38,129 nucleotides of DNA, from positions 1 through 38,129 of the forward strand of contig DAISKM010000001.1 of NCBI GenBank assembly GCA_036820945.1, given 5' to 3'. Position numbers and translations under genes: made by a program. The notes beneath the pieces were generated by a model that was not told the DNA's origin, ran no database searches, and was given only the letters and a program-made list of their open reading frames with translations. Position 1 is the stretch's first letter, and each line of letters begins with the position of its first letter. Positions 17,065 through 25,483 of this stretch are shown here, one piece after another. The DNA is from Pseudolabrys sp. (lineage in GTDB: Bacteria > Pseudomonadota > Alphaproteobacteria > Rhizobiales > Xanthobacteraceae).

Positions 17065-17703
17065 TCATATTAAGAACGTACAGCCCGTTCCATATCCGCC
17101 CGTCGCGTCAGCCTCCAGCGGGGAGTTCATCACGCCGATAACCGCCGACACGGGCGCAAGAGCTTCGCGGTCCAGATCGTCGCACGCATCGAAGCAGCGC
17201 TCGACGAAACCGGCCCACTCCCGCGACCACGCCTCGCTTCGAATCCGCACGCCGTATTCACCGAACAGCCAGTCGCGGAACATTTCCGGCTTGCCGAGCG
17301 GGTCCAGGCTCGCGCTCTGGCCGCCTTGGTGCATACGGCGATACCGGAACAACACGCCCATTGCGACGTACCGGGCGCGCACCATCTTGTGCTTGGTCAT
17401 GCGCGGGCTTTTGTCATAGGCCCGCACGAAAACGGCAGCCTCGGCCATTTCGCGCAAATCATCGTCGGCCAACGGGTTGTACATCCAATGCCCGAACGCG
17501 GCGACGTATCGGGGCAAGGTGTTTATGGCTTGCTGAATTCGGCCGGCAATCGCCTGATGCACTGCGCGGCTCGTTCGCCCGTCGAATTCGGACAATTGCA
17601 CCGCGCCACCGAGCCGGGCGCGCTCGATGGCGAACGCGGCCAGTGAATCGCCGGGCGAGTAGTAGCAGTCGTGCCACGCGAGCCGAGCGGAATTCAGTTT
17701 CAT
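17065..17703 (-). CDS. Putative late antiterminator (Q-like, Pseudomonas phage type)
   Basis: MKLNSARLAWHDCYY start and LDREALAPVSAVI end as in Pseudomonas phage genes at the Q position; last nin-region gene before pR'/tR'. Confidence 0.6.
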   Translation of the reverse strand: MKLNSARLAWHDCYYSPGDSLAAFAIERARLGGAVQLSEFDGRTSRAVHQAIAGRIQQAINTLPRYVAAFGHWMYNPLADDDLREMAEAAVFVRAYDKSPRMTKHKMVRARYVAMGVLFRYRRMHQGGQSASLDPLGKPEMFRDWLFGEYGVRIRSEAWSREWAGFVERCFDACDDLDREALAPVSAVIGVMNSPLEADATGGYGTGCTFLI

Positions 17704-18095
17704 TCGGACGCCTCCAGCGATTCGACCATGTGGAAAAAATCGGACAGTTCCAGCGCCACCCAGGACCAACCACGCGCCCACCATTCGGGGCGTAAATCGT
17801 GAGCATCGACGTAGCAGACCCAGCCGCGCCGGTTGATCTTGAGCGCCAGGATCGGCCGCGCGTTGGCGCGAATCGCTTGGTCGACGGTCTGCTTCCACAT
17901 CTGCTCCAGCTCCACCGGCCCCGGTCGCTCGGCGCGCGCCTTCACCTCGATAGCCCAACCGGGCAGGCCGGTCAGGTCATGCCCACCAGAGCGGCTTTGC
18001 TCCAGGTTGCGCACCAGACGCCACCCGCACGTCTGCTTGGCAATCAGCGCGAATTCGCGTTCGACTTGTGCCCCCTTGTTGCGGCTGTTCACCAT
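17700..18095 (-). CDS. Holliday junction resolvase-like PD-(D/E)XK nuclease
   Basis: SRNKGAQVERE, GHDL, AIEVK, WKQ motifs (Hjc-like). Confidence 0.75.
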   Translation of the reverse strand: MVNSRNKGAQVEREFALIAKQTCGWRLVRNLEQSRSGGHDLTGLPGWAIEVKARAERPGPVELEQMWKQTVDQAIRANARPILALKINRRGWVCYVDAHDLRPEWWARGWSWVALELSDFFHMVESLEASE

Positions 18096-18304
18096 TTTGG
18101 CCCGCTCCCTTTTTCCGGTTGCTCAGATAGGTGCCGCTCACACACGGCCTTCGCTTCATCCACATTGCGCCCCGCGTAGATGATCGGAGAGACACGAGGT
18201 GCGCGCGCGATGTACACCACCGATTTTTCGTTAACTCGCGACCGCGTAATGATGTAGCCCTCGGCCGTCTCGATCCGGTAGTTGCTCATCTGGTGCCAGT
18301 CCAT
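18089..18304 (-). CDS. Hypothetical protein
   Basis: RBS AAGGAG, MDWHQMSNY...AKAVCERH. Confidence 0.7.
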   Translation of the reverse strand: MDWHQMSNYRIETAEGYIITRSRVNEKSVVYIARAPRVSPIIYAGRNVDEAKAVCERHLSEQPEKGSGPKW

Positions 18305-18632
18305 ACCGTGTCTCCTTGAAATCAAACCCGGCGATTCTGAGTTGTAGGCGAATCCATTCGGGGTCTACCCCACACAACAGCGCGTGCCACATTTCGCCGC
18401 TGAGGTAGCGTCTGGCGTCCTCCCGATAGCGCTCGACCTCGGTGCCGCGTCGGTTGGTGATTAAGTCACTGAGCGCGATGTTCACCACCGAAAGCATCAG
18501 CCGGCCTTCTGGCGTGTCCGGGAACTGGCACCCGATTTTGTTCACCAGCGCCCGCATCAGGTCGAAGGTCTGGCGTGTGGTTTTGTCGATAACTTTTTGC
18601 GGTCCTGGCGGACGGCCTCGGCGGGCGGTCAT
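18231..18632 (-). CDS. Hypothetical protein with N-terminal AT-hook-like motif
   Basis: RRGRPP; RBS GGAGG; ATGA coupling. Confidence 0.65.
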   Translation of the reverse strand: MTARRGRPPGPQKVIDKTTRQTFDLMRALVNKIGCQFPDTPEGRLMLSVVNIALSDLITNRRGTEVERYREDARRYLSGEMWHALLCGVDPEWIRLQLRIAGFDFKETRYGLAPDEQLPDRDGRGLHHYAVAS

Positions 18633-18919
18633 ACCGACACCCTCCCTTCACTGATGAGCGCGGCCAGTGTCCGCAACACGCCTTCAAGATGGGCGAGCGA
18701 GACGTACTCGATGTCGAATGTTTGCGTGCGGCGGTCTATTTCGTCGTGGCAACTGGAGCACGCCCAGGCACCGAACAGGTCGTGTGACTTGAGGCCCATG
18801 CCGCACAGTCCGGCGAGCCGGTAATGGGCCAGGACCGTCGTGTCAGGGTCGAAATTGCACACGCCAGGGATACGCACCTGACAGTCACGTCCGCGCGCCA
18901 ACTTGCGCAGCGCGCTCAT
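18629..18919 (-). CDS. DUF1364 (YbcO-like) nuclease-family protein
   Basis: LRKLARGRDCQVRIPGVCN...TVLAHY...GAWACSSCHD signature. Confidence 0.9.
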   Translation of the reverse strand: MSALRKLARGRDCQVRIPGVCNFDPDTTVLAHYRLAGLCGMGLKSHDLFGAWACSSCHDEIDRRTQTFDIEYVSLAHLEGVLRTLAALISEGRVSV

Positions 18920-19134
18920 GCTGGCACCTGATCCAGCTCGGCCTTCAATTTGGCGACGGCATCCTCGCGCGTATCGCCATAGGTGAACCACGTCGGCTCG
19001 GCCGGCTCGTTCAATGCGGTATCCGATACCGTGTCACCGACGCAGCCCCACGCCAAACCCCAAGACCCTGTCGGGCAAAGGACCGAATATGAGGCGATTC
19101 CAAACCGCCCGTACCGCTCGCGCTCGATGATCAT
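18916..19134 (-). CDS. Hypothetical protein
   Basis: 72 aa, ATGA-coupled at both ends, RBS GGAG. Confidence 0.7.
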   Translation of the reverse strand: MIIERERYGRFGIASYSVLCPTGSWGLAWGCVGDTVSDTALNEPAEPTWFTYGDTREDAVAKLKAELDQVPA

Positions 19135-19640
19135 ACCTGCTCCTTGAATGCGTCAATTTCCGCCATTTCGGTCAACCGCTCTTCGGTCAGCGTCGGCCAG
19201 TCGTGCTCGATCACATACGCGCACACGCCAGACCAAAACTGTTTGAACCGGTCCTCGCCCATCGACTGATAGGACAGGCTCTGCGCCTCCTTGATAACCA
19301 GTTGCCCCAGGCCGGGTATGTCAATTTCCTTTCGGGTACAGCACACCCCCGACTCCACCTGTAGCCCCTTAATAACGTCGTGGGAATTCTGGCCGGTGAA
19401 TCGGTCAAGATGCTGGCCGAGCAATTTCCCCAGACCATGCACGAGGCGATTGAACCGGGAATTGCGCGGGAGCGTGAGGTGCGCCAACACGCGTGTATTC
19501 AGTCGTAGGCCGCGCTCGCGCAGCATCGAGCGGTCAGCATCAGAGGCGGCCACAAATGCCGCTGTCGGCTTGCCAGTGGCCGGGTCATTCATGACACGCA
19601 AGATCAGCTCCACGGGCGGCGGTTTCGGCGCGCTACTCAT
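19131..19640 (-). CDS. DUF1367/NinB-like nin-region protein
   Basis: PRNSRFNRLVH...QSLSYQSMGEDRF pattern; follows P gene. Confidence 0.55.
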   Translation of the reverse strand: MSSAPKPPPVELILRVMNDPATGKPTAAFVAASDADRSMLRERGLRLNTRVLAHLTLPRNSRFNRLVHGLGKLLGQHLDRFTGQNSHDVIKGLQVESGVCCTRKEIDIPGLGQLVIKEAQSLSYQSMGEDRFKQFWSGVCAYVIEHDWPTLTEERLTEMAEIDAFKEQV

Positions 19641-20301
19641 CGGCCGGCTCCCCTCGCACGGTGCCGCGCAGCTTATCCAGGGCAGCCCGGCCCACCTCTG
19701 GCGTTCGCCGGCCCTGGACCTTTTCCGGCAGGCCGACCAGGATCGGACGCAGCGCTTCACCGTTCGCCAACATCCGGCAGACGATCGCGTAGGAGCGGGA
19801 GAACAACATGCGGCTGGCCTTCAGCGGCATCGTGGACAGGTTGTACAGCCCGACCTCCCGCGCAGCGTGGGACACGGCCGGATGGCTCCAGTTGACTTGC
19901 CCTGCGTTGGGATAGGCGTTGCGGGCGGCCTCGGCATAGGCATCGTCCTCGGACGGCAGGCCGAGCATTTCGGGCGTGGGCTTGCACATGGCAATGAACC
20001 GGCCCACCGATGGCACAAAGTCCGACGCCAGTTGGCGGCAGGCGTGAACGCCGAAGCGAATCTGTTCGACGCTGGTGATGCCCTCGGCAATGAACCCTTT
20101 TGTCATCGAGCGCTTGTACGCCTTCAAATCATTGTCATCAGGCCACGCCTGACGCCACGCGGGGAATATCGCCTTCAGCTCTTTGATGAGCAGGTTCACC
20201 ACCTGCCCGGCCGCCTCATCGATGTTCGGCGGTTGGCCGCCGCCTGAGGCTGGGGCGTTGCGGGAGGTGATGCGCGCGAGCACGTTGCTGACCTTTTCCA
20301 T
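19633..20301 (-). CDS. Replication protein P-like helicase loader
   Basis: LKAIFPAW, F.PSVGRFIAMC, WSHPAV motifs; TAATG overlap with O stop. Confidence 0.8.
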   Translation of the reverse strand: MEKVSNVLARITSRNAPASGGGQPPNIDEAAGQVVNLLIKELKAIFPAWRQAWPDDNDLKAYKRSMTKGFIAEGITSVEQIRFGVHACRQLASDFVPSVGRFIAMCKPTPEMLGLPSEDDAYAEAARNAYPNAGQVNWSHPAVSHAAREVGLYNLSTMPLKASRMLFSRSYAIVCRMLANGEALRPILVGLPEKVQGRRTPEVGRAALDKLRGTVRGEPADE

Positions 20302-21071
20302 TACAGGCCTCCCAGGTCGTGGGTCCATGTCAGATCGTCGAAGTCGGGGCCGGCCTTGCCCATCGGCACGACACGCCGCCCCGCGTAGGTCTGTGCGTTG
20401 AGCATCCAGTTGCGCCAGGACGCGAGCCAGTCGGCGCGCACTTCGCCCTTCGCCCGAAAGTGGTTGAGGAACTTTTCAGTTTCCAGGGACAGCTCGGCAG
20501 CCGGCGCGCGCTCGTTCGCCCAGACGATCATGTCGGCGGTGATCGGAAAGTCAGCCGGGAGCGCGGTTTTGCGTTTCGCTTTGGGCGTGATCGGCGTCGG
20601 CTCGATAGCGGGCGGAGGTGGCGCGGCCTCGCCGCCATGCTCTGTATTCTCTTCTCTTCTCTTCTCTTCTCTGGTCACGGTGGTGTCACTATCGCCGCGT
20701 GACACATCCGTGACGGGAGGCGTGACACTGGCGCGCTTCTTACGCTGGCGCTCCCCCGCAAGCGCCCGGTCCTTCGCGGGCTTGCCGTTGTGCCGCTCGA
20801 AATGTGGGAACTGAATTCCAGCCGCATCGACCACCAGCCAGCCGGCCGCGCACATGGCGTCAGCAAACCCGTCACGGTGAACGTAACGGTCGATCCATTT
20901 TTTTGTCACGCCAGGAACGTGACCATCGCGTGACTGAGCATCAGCCCAGGACCAGAGGTGGTGCAGCATTCCGACCACCTCGAATTCATCAACGTCCAGC
21001 GTGCAGGCCATCGCTATGACCGAGGGGTCATTGGCTAACGCCGTCCGCATTTTGATCCAGTCACCGGCCAT
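20301..21071 (-). CDS. Replication initiator (O-like)
   Basis: MAGDWIKMR, LHHLWSWAD, P.FERHNG, EEKRREE linker, DWLASWRNW C-terminal motif. Confidence 0.85.
   Translation of the reverse strand: MAGDWIKMRTALANDPSVIAMACTLDVDEFEVVGMLHHLWSWADAQSRDGHVPGVTKKWIDRYVHRDGFADAMCAAGWLVVDAAGIQFPHFERHNGKPAKDRALAGERQRKKRASVTPPVTDVSRGDSDTTVTREEKRREENTEHGGEAAPPPPAIEPTPITPKAKRKTALPADFPITADMIVWANERAPAAELSLETEKFLNHFRAKGEVRADWLASWRNWMLNAQTYAGRRVVPMGKAGPDFDDLTWTHDLGGL
20644..20728. promoter_or_regulatory. Probable replication origin within O gene (iterons plus purine/pyrimidine-skewed tract)
   Basis: Clustered GTCAC/GTGAC motifs at 20674, 20685, 20699, 20710, 20722 next to a (TCTTC)n tract at ~20648-20672. Confidence 0.65.
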
Positions 21072-21316
21072 CACGCACCCCCACAAAGCCAGTACTCGCC
21101 AACGCGCACGAGCCGGCCTTTCTCGTTCCGGACCTGAATAAAATCCGTCTGAATATCCATGCCCTTTTTCCGTAGGTCATCGATGCGGGCAGCCAGACGG
21201 AAACAGCCGAACAGGTCCAGGGCTTGCAATGGCGTCAGGCGGCCCCCTTCCTCCAGGTAACGGGCGATGGCTGCGTTCTGCGATTCACAGTTGATCGGGT
21301 TGGGATTGTTGTTCAT
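21071..21316 (-). CDS. Winged-HTH DNA-binding protein
   Basis: SQ...I..YL..G..LTPLQAL..FGCFRLAARI.DLR..G..I motif; RBS GAGG (alternative start 21331). Confidence 0.8.
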   Translation of the reverse strand: MNNNPNPINCESQNAAIARYLEEGGRLTPLQALDLFGCFRLAARIDDLRKKGMDIQTDFIQVRNEKGRLVRVGEYWLCGGA

Positions 21317-21335
21317 ACTGACCTCGCTCATCGAT

Positions 21336-21376
21336 ACCCCTGGCCCGTCCGCACGACACACCAGGGGTTTTTTTTG
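21336..21376 (+). terminator. Hairpin with plus-strand T-run downstream of cro (antisense, OOP/tO-like position)
   Basis: ACCCCTGG...CCAGGGGT followed by TTTTTTT; long loop. Confidence 0.45.
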
Positions 21377-21380
21377 GCCG

Positions 21381-21605
21381 TTATTCGACCGGATAGAGAT
21401 CGGGCCGCAACTCGGAGCGAGTCACGGCACCATTGACGGCGCGCTCAATTTTCAGCACCAGCTCAGCCGGTACATTCAAATTGCGGTGTACGCATTGCCA
21501 GATACGCGGTTGGCTGGTCCCACATAGCCGGGCCAATTCCGCTTGCCCCCCGGCGAGGCGAACAGCTCTCTCAATCGGGCGTTCTTGGTCCATCATGTCG
21601 GCCAC
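21381..21605 (-). CDS. cro: Cro-like repressor (YdaS family)
   Basis: AGGQAELARLCG.SQ, IERAVNGAVTRSELRPDLY; divergent from cI; start 21605 (GTG) or 21596. Confidence 0.9.
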   Translation of the reverse strand: MADMMDQERPIERAVRLAGGQAELARLCGTSQPRIWQCVHRNLNVPAELVLKIERAVNGAVTRSELRPDLYPVE

Positions 21606-21626
21606 CTGTATCGTTTTCGTATCACG

Positions 21627-21654
21627 ATAATAACCTAGGTTTTCGAGCCGTCAA
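21627..21654 (-). promoter_or_regulatory. PR promoter with operator ATAACCTAGGTTTT (21630-21643)
   Basis: TTGACG-16 nt-TATTAT; palindromic operator overlaps spacer and -10. Confidence 0.75.
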
Positions 21655-21673
21655 TGACCGCGCGAAGGTTGTG

Positions 21674-21703
21674 TTGCTCGACCAATAACATTTGTTATAA
21701 ACT
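21674..21703 (+). promoter_or_regulatory. PRM-like promoter with operator ATAACATTTGTTAT (21685-21698); probably leaderless cI mRNA
   Basis: TTGCTC ... TAAACT ends 7 nt before the cI ATG; no Shine-Dalgarno. Confidence 0.6.
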
Positions 21704-21710
21704 TTGGCGC

Positions 21711-22430
21711 ATGAATACGACCTCTCCCCCTACCCTGGCCGATAGGCTTAAAACCTCGATGGCCGCCCGTAATCTGACGCAGCTTCAGCTCGCAAAGCTG
21801 GTTGGCGAAGTCAGCGGCCTACCCCTTTCACAAGTCGCAATCCAGAAAATAACCTCCGGCAAAACCCTCCAATCCAAGCGCCTGCCCGACATCGCCCGCG
21901 CCCTCGGCGTCACTGTCGAATGGCTGGCGCACGGCGAGGATGATTCGCGTTTTTCCCACACCACAACTACAGTGGTCGATGTTGGGTCAGCGGCGGAACA
22001 GCCGTCCAACACGGACACGGAAGAACGCAAACTCAAAAAGGGGTTGGTGCCAGTGGTCGGAATCGCACAGCTTGGTGACGATGGTTATTTTGATGGGGAC
22101 GGCGGCCCGTCAGGGTTTCTCAAGATTCACAGTGACGACCCGGACGCCTACGGGTTGAGGGTAAAAGGCGACAGCATGAGTCCGCGCATCAAGCACGGAG
22201 AGTATGTGGTGATAGAGCCGAACCAGTCGCTGGTGCTGCATGAGGATGTGCTGGTGATCACCAGCGACGGGCGCAAGATGATCAAAGTTTTCTGCGGTTT
22301 GAAGGACGGGTTCTACCGCTTCGAGTCGATCAACGAGGACCATAAGCCGATCCATGTTGCGGCCGAAAATGTTGAGGCGATTCACTACGTCGCCGGCATT
22401 CTCAAGGGGACGCGATACTTCGAACCCTGA
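21711..22430 (+). CDS. cI: CI repressor (HTH plus S24 autopeptidase)
   Basis: LTQLQLAKLV HTH, IARALGVTVEWL, VPVVGIAQLG cleavage region, VKGDSM (Ser), MIK (Lys). Confidence 0.93.
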   Translation: MNTTSPPTLADRLKTSMAARNLTQLQLAKLVGEVSGLPLSQVAIQKITSGKTLQSKRLPDIARALGVTVEWLAHGEDDSRFSHTTTTVVDVGSAAEQPSNTDTEERKLKKGLVPVVGIAQLGDDGYFDGDGGPSGFLKIHSDDPDAYGLRVKGDSMSPRIKHGEYVVIEPNQSLVLHEDVLVITSDGRKMIKVFCGLKDGFYRFESINEDHKPIHVAAENVEAIHYVAGILKGTRYFEP

Positions 22431-22448
22431 GCCATCCGCCAGCAAACG

Positions 22449-22472
22449 ACCCGCGCCAGACGCGGGTTTTTT
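22449..22472 (+). terminator. Rho-independent terminator after cI
   Basis: ACCCGCG-CCAGA-CGCGGGT followed by TTTTT. Confidence 0.85.
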
Positions 22473-22480
22473 GTGCCTGC

Positions 22481-22506
22481 CAGGACTTCAGGACTTCCAG
22501 GACTTC
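22481..22506 (+). repeat. Triple tandem repeat CAGGACTT(C)
   Basis: caggactt-caggacttc-caggacttc. Confidence 0.85.
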
Positions 22507-22550
22507 GCTCTGGTAGTTATCCCCCGAGGGGAACCGATACCCTATATTTA

Positions 22551-22591
22551 ATAACCTAAGTTATTGACATGCGTTGTGGTTGCGATATTCT
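22551..22591 (+). promoter_or_regulatory. PL promoter with operator ATAACCTAAGTTAT (22551-22564)
   Basis: TTGACA (22564)-16 nt-TATTCT; operator abuts -35. Confidence 0.8.
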
Positions 22592-22631
22592 CAGGTCGTA
22601 GGCAAGCCAAACCCAGCAAGGAGCAGCCGCC

Positions 22632-22763
22632 ATGACCACCACCGATAAAACCATCCTCACCCTTGTGATCCTTTGTGCCATCGGTGTAGGCGCGTACCAA
22701 TACTGGGAGGCGCTGGCCCCCATCCGCACCATCGCGCAAATTCTCGCCACTACCAGACCTTAA
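22632..22763 (+). CDS. 43-aa single-TM peptide, first gene of PL operon
   Basis: RBS AAGGAG; MTTTDKTILTLVILCAIGVGAYQYWEALAPIRTIAQILATTRP; below ORF-track cut-off. Confidence 0.7.
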   Translation: MTTTDKTILTLVILCAIGVGAYQYWEALAPIRTIAQILATTRP

Positions 22764-22840
22764 CGGATCACCGCACGGTGCCCCCACCGAACGGGGGCAC
22801 CGCTGCGTCTCCACAGCAAACGACGCCTATAGGGGGCCGC

Positions 22841-23026
22841 ATGTTCGCGACGTTGATTAAACGGCAGATTGCCGGCTGTGAATCGTTTATCCGAAATTTC
22901 GAAGCCGGCCTTGCCTATGCGGATGGCCCGGCGTTTCGCCAGGACAAGGACCGCATTCGGGAGCTGCGCGAAGAGAAGCGCATATGGGAGGAAATGCTCA
23001 AGGTCGTGACCGAGGGGGCCGTATGA
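22841..23026 (+). CDS. Hypothetical coiled-coil protein
   Basis: RBS AGGGGG, MFATLIKRQIAG, ATGA coupling downstream. Confidence 0.7.
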   Translation: MFATLIKRQIAGCESFIRNFEAGLAYADGPAFRQDKDRIRELREEKRIWEEMLKVVTEGAV

Positions 23027-23313
23027 AAACGCCCATCACCCTGTACATCCATCAGCTACCAGGACAGCCCCAACGCGCGATCACCTGCGACATGAGCGAT
23101 TGGCCGGCCGCCTATGGCGCACTGCTCGGGACCATCACCGTGGAGGTCGAATGGCCGGAGATCGAGGCGAACCCAACCGCGCTCTTGATAGCGCGATACG
23201 AGCAGGAAATCGAGCAGGTTCATTCTCAGGCCGTGGAGCGGATGGACGCACTGGCCGCGCAGATTCAGACCCTGCTCTGCATCGAGCACCAGACGCCAGA
23301 GGCAGCCCAATGA
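23023..23313 (+). CDS. Hypothetical protein
   Basis: MKTPITLYIHQ...IQTLLCIEHQ, ATGA-coupled. Confidence 0.75.
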   Translation: MKTPITLYIHQLPGQPQRAITCDMSDWPAAYGALLGTITVEVEWPEIEANPTALLIARYEQEIEQVHSQAVERMDALAAQIQTLLCIEHQTPEAAQ

Positions 23314-23471
23314 AGCGCCTTCGTCGCCGGGCCGCACTGATCCGGACCCGGTCCTATGTCGTGGGCTTCGTGGTCTGGCTGGCGCTGATGGTGGCGATTG
23401 CCCTCGGTGGCGCGATCACCGATCAGCCGGCCGACACTATCCAACCAGAGCAAAGCGCGGGGAAACCATGA
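23310..23471 (+). CDS. Small membrane protein
   Basis: Basic N-terminus plus one TM segment; ATGA-coupled at both ends. Confidence 0.7.
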   Translation: MKRLRRRAALIRTRSYVVGFVVWLALMVAIALGGAITDQPADTIQPEQSAGKP

Positions 23472-23671
23472 GCGATATGGTCGAAATGTTCCAGGGGTTG
23501 AAGACCCATATGAAACGGGTTCGCGCGAAGTATGGCGTCGCCTGTCCCGAGTGCGTTCGCCTGTTGCCGAAGGCGCACCCGTCGATTCTGTTGCCGCAAC
23601 AGACGTGCCGAATTCACCGCTACCAGGACCAGCGGCCAGACCTAACCGACGATCAATACGAGGGGGCATGA
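23468..23671 (+). CDS. Hypothetical protein, possible Zn-binding
   Basis: CPEC...CRIH. Confidence 0.75.
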   Translation: MSDMVEMFQGLKTHMKRVRAKYGVACPECVRLLPKAHPSILLPQQTCRIHRYQDQRPDLTDDQYEGA

Positions 23672-23672
23672 C

Positions 23673-24182
23673 GTGGAAACAAAAACCCATTTCCGTAAGG
23701 CGTTCGATTCGCCGTATCTCTCCAGCGCCGATATCGTCGGGCCTACCGTGCTCACTATCGCGCGGGTCACGCTGGAGGCTGACCGGACCAAGAAGACGAA
23801 AGACCGGTTCAATACTGCATGGTTTGCCGAGCGCGAGTTGCGCCCAGGCGAGCCGCTGAAGCCTATGATCTTGAACGCCACCAACTCAGGCACGCTGAAA
23901 AAACTGACCGGCAGCCCATACATCGAGGACTGGCAAAACGTCCGGGTCACGGTGTACGTCGAGCCGAACGTGCGGTTCGGCAAAGAAGTCACCGAGGGCT
24001 TGCGCATCAGCCCCAAGGCTGTCACGGCGGTGACGATCACACCGGCCACGGCCAAGGCGTGGGAAAATGCCAAGGCCGCCTACCGCCGCGACGGCAGCCT
24101 GGACGCGGTCCTGGCACGCGCCTCGATGTCGGAGCTACACCAGCAGCAGCTCATTCAGGAGTGCGGCGATGGCGTGGCATGA
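23673..24182 (+). CDS. Putative recombination protein (partner of exonuclease)
   Basis: THFRK....YL...D, KPMILNATN, GSPYIEDW, GLRI motifs; occupies the SSAP position before exo and ssb. Confidence 0.6.
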   Translation: METKTHFRKAFDSPYLSSADIVGPTVLTIARVTLEADRTKKTKDRFNTAWFAERELRPGEPLKPMILNATNSGTLKKLTGSPYIEDWQNVRVTVYVEPNVRFGKEVTEGLRISPKAVTAVTITPATAKAWENAKAAYRRDGSLDAVLARASMSELHQQQLIQECGDGVA

Positions 24183-24786
24183 CGTGGCACAGAACACCGA
24201 GGAATGGCTTGCGCTGCGCATTGGCAAAGCCACATCGAGCAACTTCAGTTCGTTCATGGCGAACTTCGGCAAGGCGTTCGGTGATCCCGCTAAACGCTAC
24301 GCCCTCCAACTGGCGCTCGAACGGATCACCGGCCAGCGCGCTGAATTCAGTTTTCAGAGTGACCACCTGGAGCGCGGCCACCTCCAGGAGCCGGTTGCCC
24401 GAATGCTGTACGAGGACGCGCAATTCGTGGAGGTCACGAACGGGGGGTTCTTCGACTGCACCACATACGGCGATTCACCCGATGGTCTGGTCGGCCTGCA
24501 TGGTGTCCTCGAAATCAAATCAGTCACGGCCGGCGTTCACTGGGACACGATGCGTCGCGGGTCATTCGATCCGGCATACCGCTGGCAATTAGTCGGGCAC
24601 CTGGACTGCTCCGGCCGCGATTGGGTCGACTTCGCGAGCTACTGTAGCGACTTCCCTCCGGCCGGGCAGTTGGTCATATACCGCCAGGACCGCGACGACT
24701 TTAAAGAGGAATTGATTCAGCTCGCTGAGCGGCGCGCGGAGTTCCTGGCGCTGGTCGATCACATCACTCTCAACATCCCGAGGTAG
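24169..24786 (+). CDS. YqaJ/lambda-type exonuclease
   Basis: [43 protein letters not shown] motifs. Confidence 0.9.
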   Translation: MAWHDVAQNTEEWLALRIGKATSSNFSSFMANFGKAFGDPAKRYALQLALERITGQRAEFSFQSDHLERGHLQEPVARMLYEDAQFVEVTNGGFFDCTTYGDSPDGLVGLHGVLEIKSVTAGVHWDTMRRGSFDPAYRWQLVGHLDCSGRDWVDFASYCSDFPPAGQLVIYRQDRDDFKEELIQLAERRAEFLALVDHITLNIPR

Positions 24787-24788
24787 TT

Positions 24789-25268
24789 ATGGCGCGTGGA
24801 GTAAACAAAGTCATTTTGGTTGGCACTCTGGGGCAAGACCCGGACAGCCGTTACTTGCCCAACGGTAACGCGGTGACGACGATCAGCATGGCGACCAGCG
24901 AGAAATGGACGGACAAGCAATCAGGGCAGCCGGTCGAAAAAACCGAATGGCACCGCGTCTGTTTATTTGGGAAGGTCGCAGAAGTCGCCGCGCAGTATTT
25001 ACGCAAAGGCTCTCAGTGCTATATCGAGGGCAAGTTGCAGACGCGGGAGTGGGAGAAAGACGGGATCAAGCGCTACACGACCGAAGTAATCGTCGATATG
25101 CGCGGCCAGCTACAACTGCTCGGCGGTAATCCGAACGGGCAACAGTCGCCACAGCAACAGGCGCAGCGCCCACCACAGCAGCAGAGCCAGCAGGCCGCAC
25201 CGCCTGACACTAACTTCTATGACGACGACATACCCTTTGCGCCACTGCCACATCTGGCCGGCGCGTAA
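24789..25268 (+). CDS. ssb: Single-stranded DNA-binding protein
   Basis: [39 protein letters not shown]. Confidence 0.97.
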   Translation: MARGVNKVILVGTLGQDPDSRYLPNGNAVTTISMATSEKWTDKQSGQPVEKTEWHRVCLFGKVAEVAAQYLRKGSQCYIEGKLQTREWEKDGIKRYTTEVIVDMRGQLQLLGGNPNGQQSPQQQAQRPPQQQSQQAAPPDTNFYDDDIPFAPLPHLAGA

Positions 25269-25273
25269 TCAAA

Positions 25274-25298
25274 CGACGGTGTAATCATTACACCGTCG
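25274..25298. repeat. Perfect 12-bp inverted repeat after ssb
   Basis: CGACGGTGTAAT-C-ATTACACCGTCG followed by CTTT. Confidence 0.85.
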
Positions 25299-25321
25299 CT
25301 TTCAAAGACCAGGGGGCCAGC

Positions 25322-25483
25322 ATGACCAAACAAGAAAAGATCACAGCGGCGGCGCTGGCCCAGGCACTCGCACTACTCCAGCGGGCCAAGGCGTATGTCA
25401 GCAAATACCCCAGCATTGGCGCACAAGAGTTGAGCAAAGAGCTGACCGAGTTTCTCGCCGCCCATGACCAGGAGGACGTCTGA
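25322..25483 (+). CDS. Hypothetical 53-aa helical protein
   Basis: RBS AGGGGG; MTKQEKITAAALAQALALLQRAKAYV...; TGATG coupling to next gene. Confidence 0.65.
   Translation: MTKQEKITAAALAQALALLQRAKAYVSKYPSIGAQELSKELTEFLAAHDQEDV

Noticed and set aside
17065..17090. LexA box near CTGTACG upstream of the 117-aa gene
   Set aside because: Second half-site (ACAG at the correct spacing) is absent
20648..20672. (TCTTC)n microsatellite as contingency locus
   Set aside because: Encodes the EEKRREE linker common in O-like initiators and is part of the probable origin
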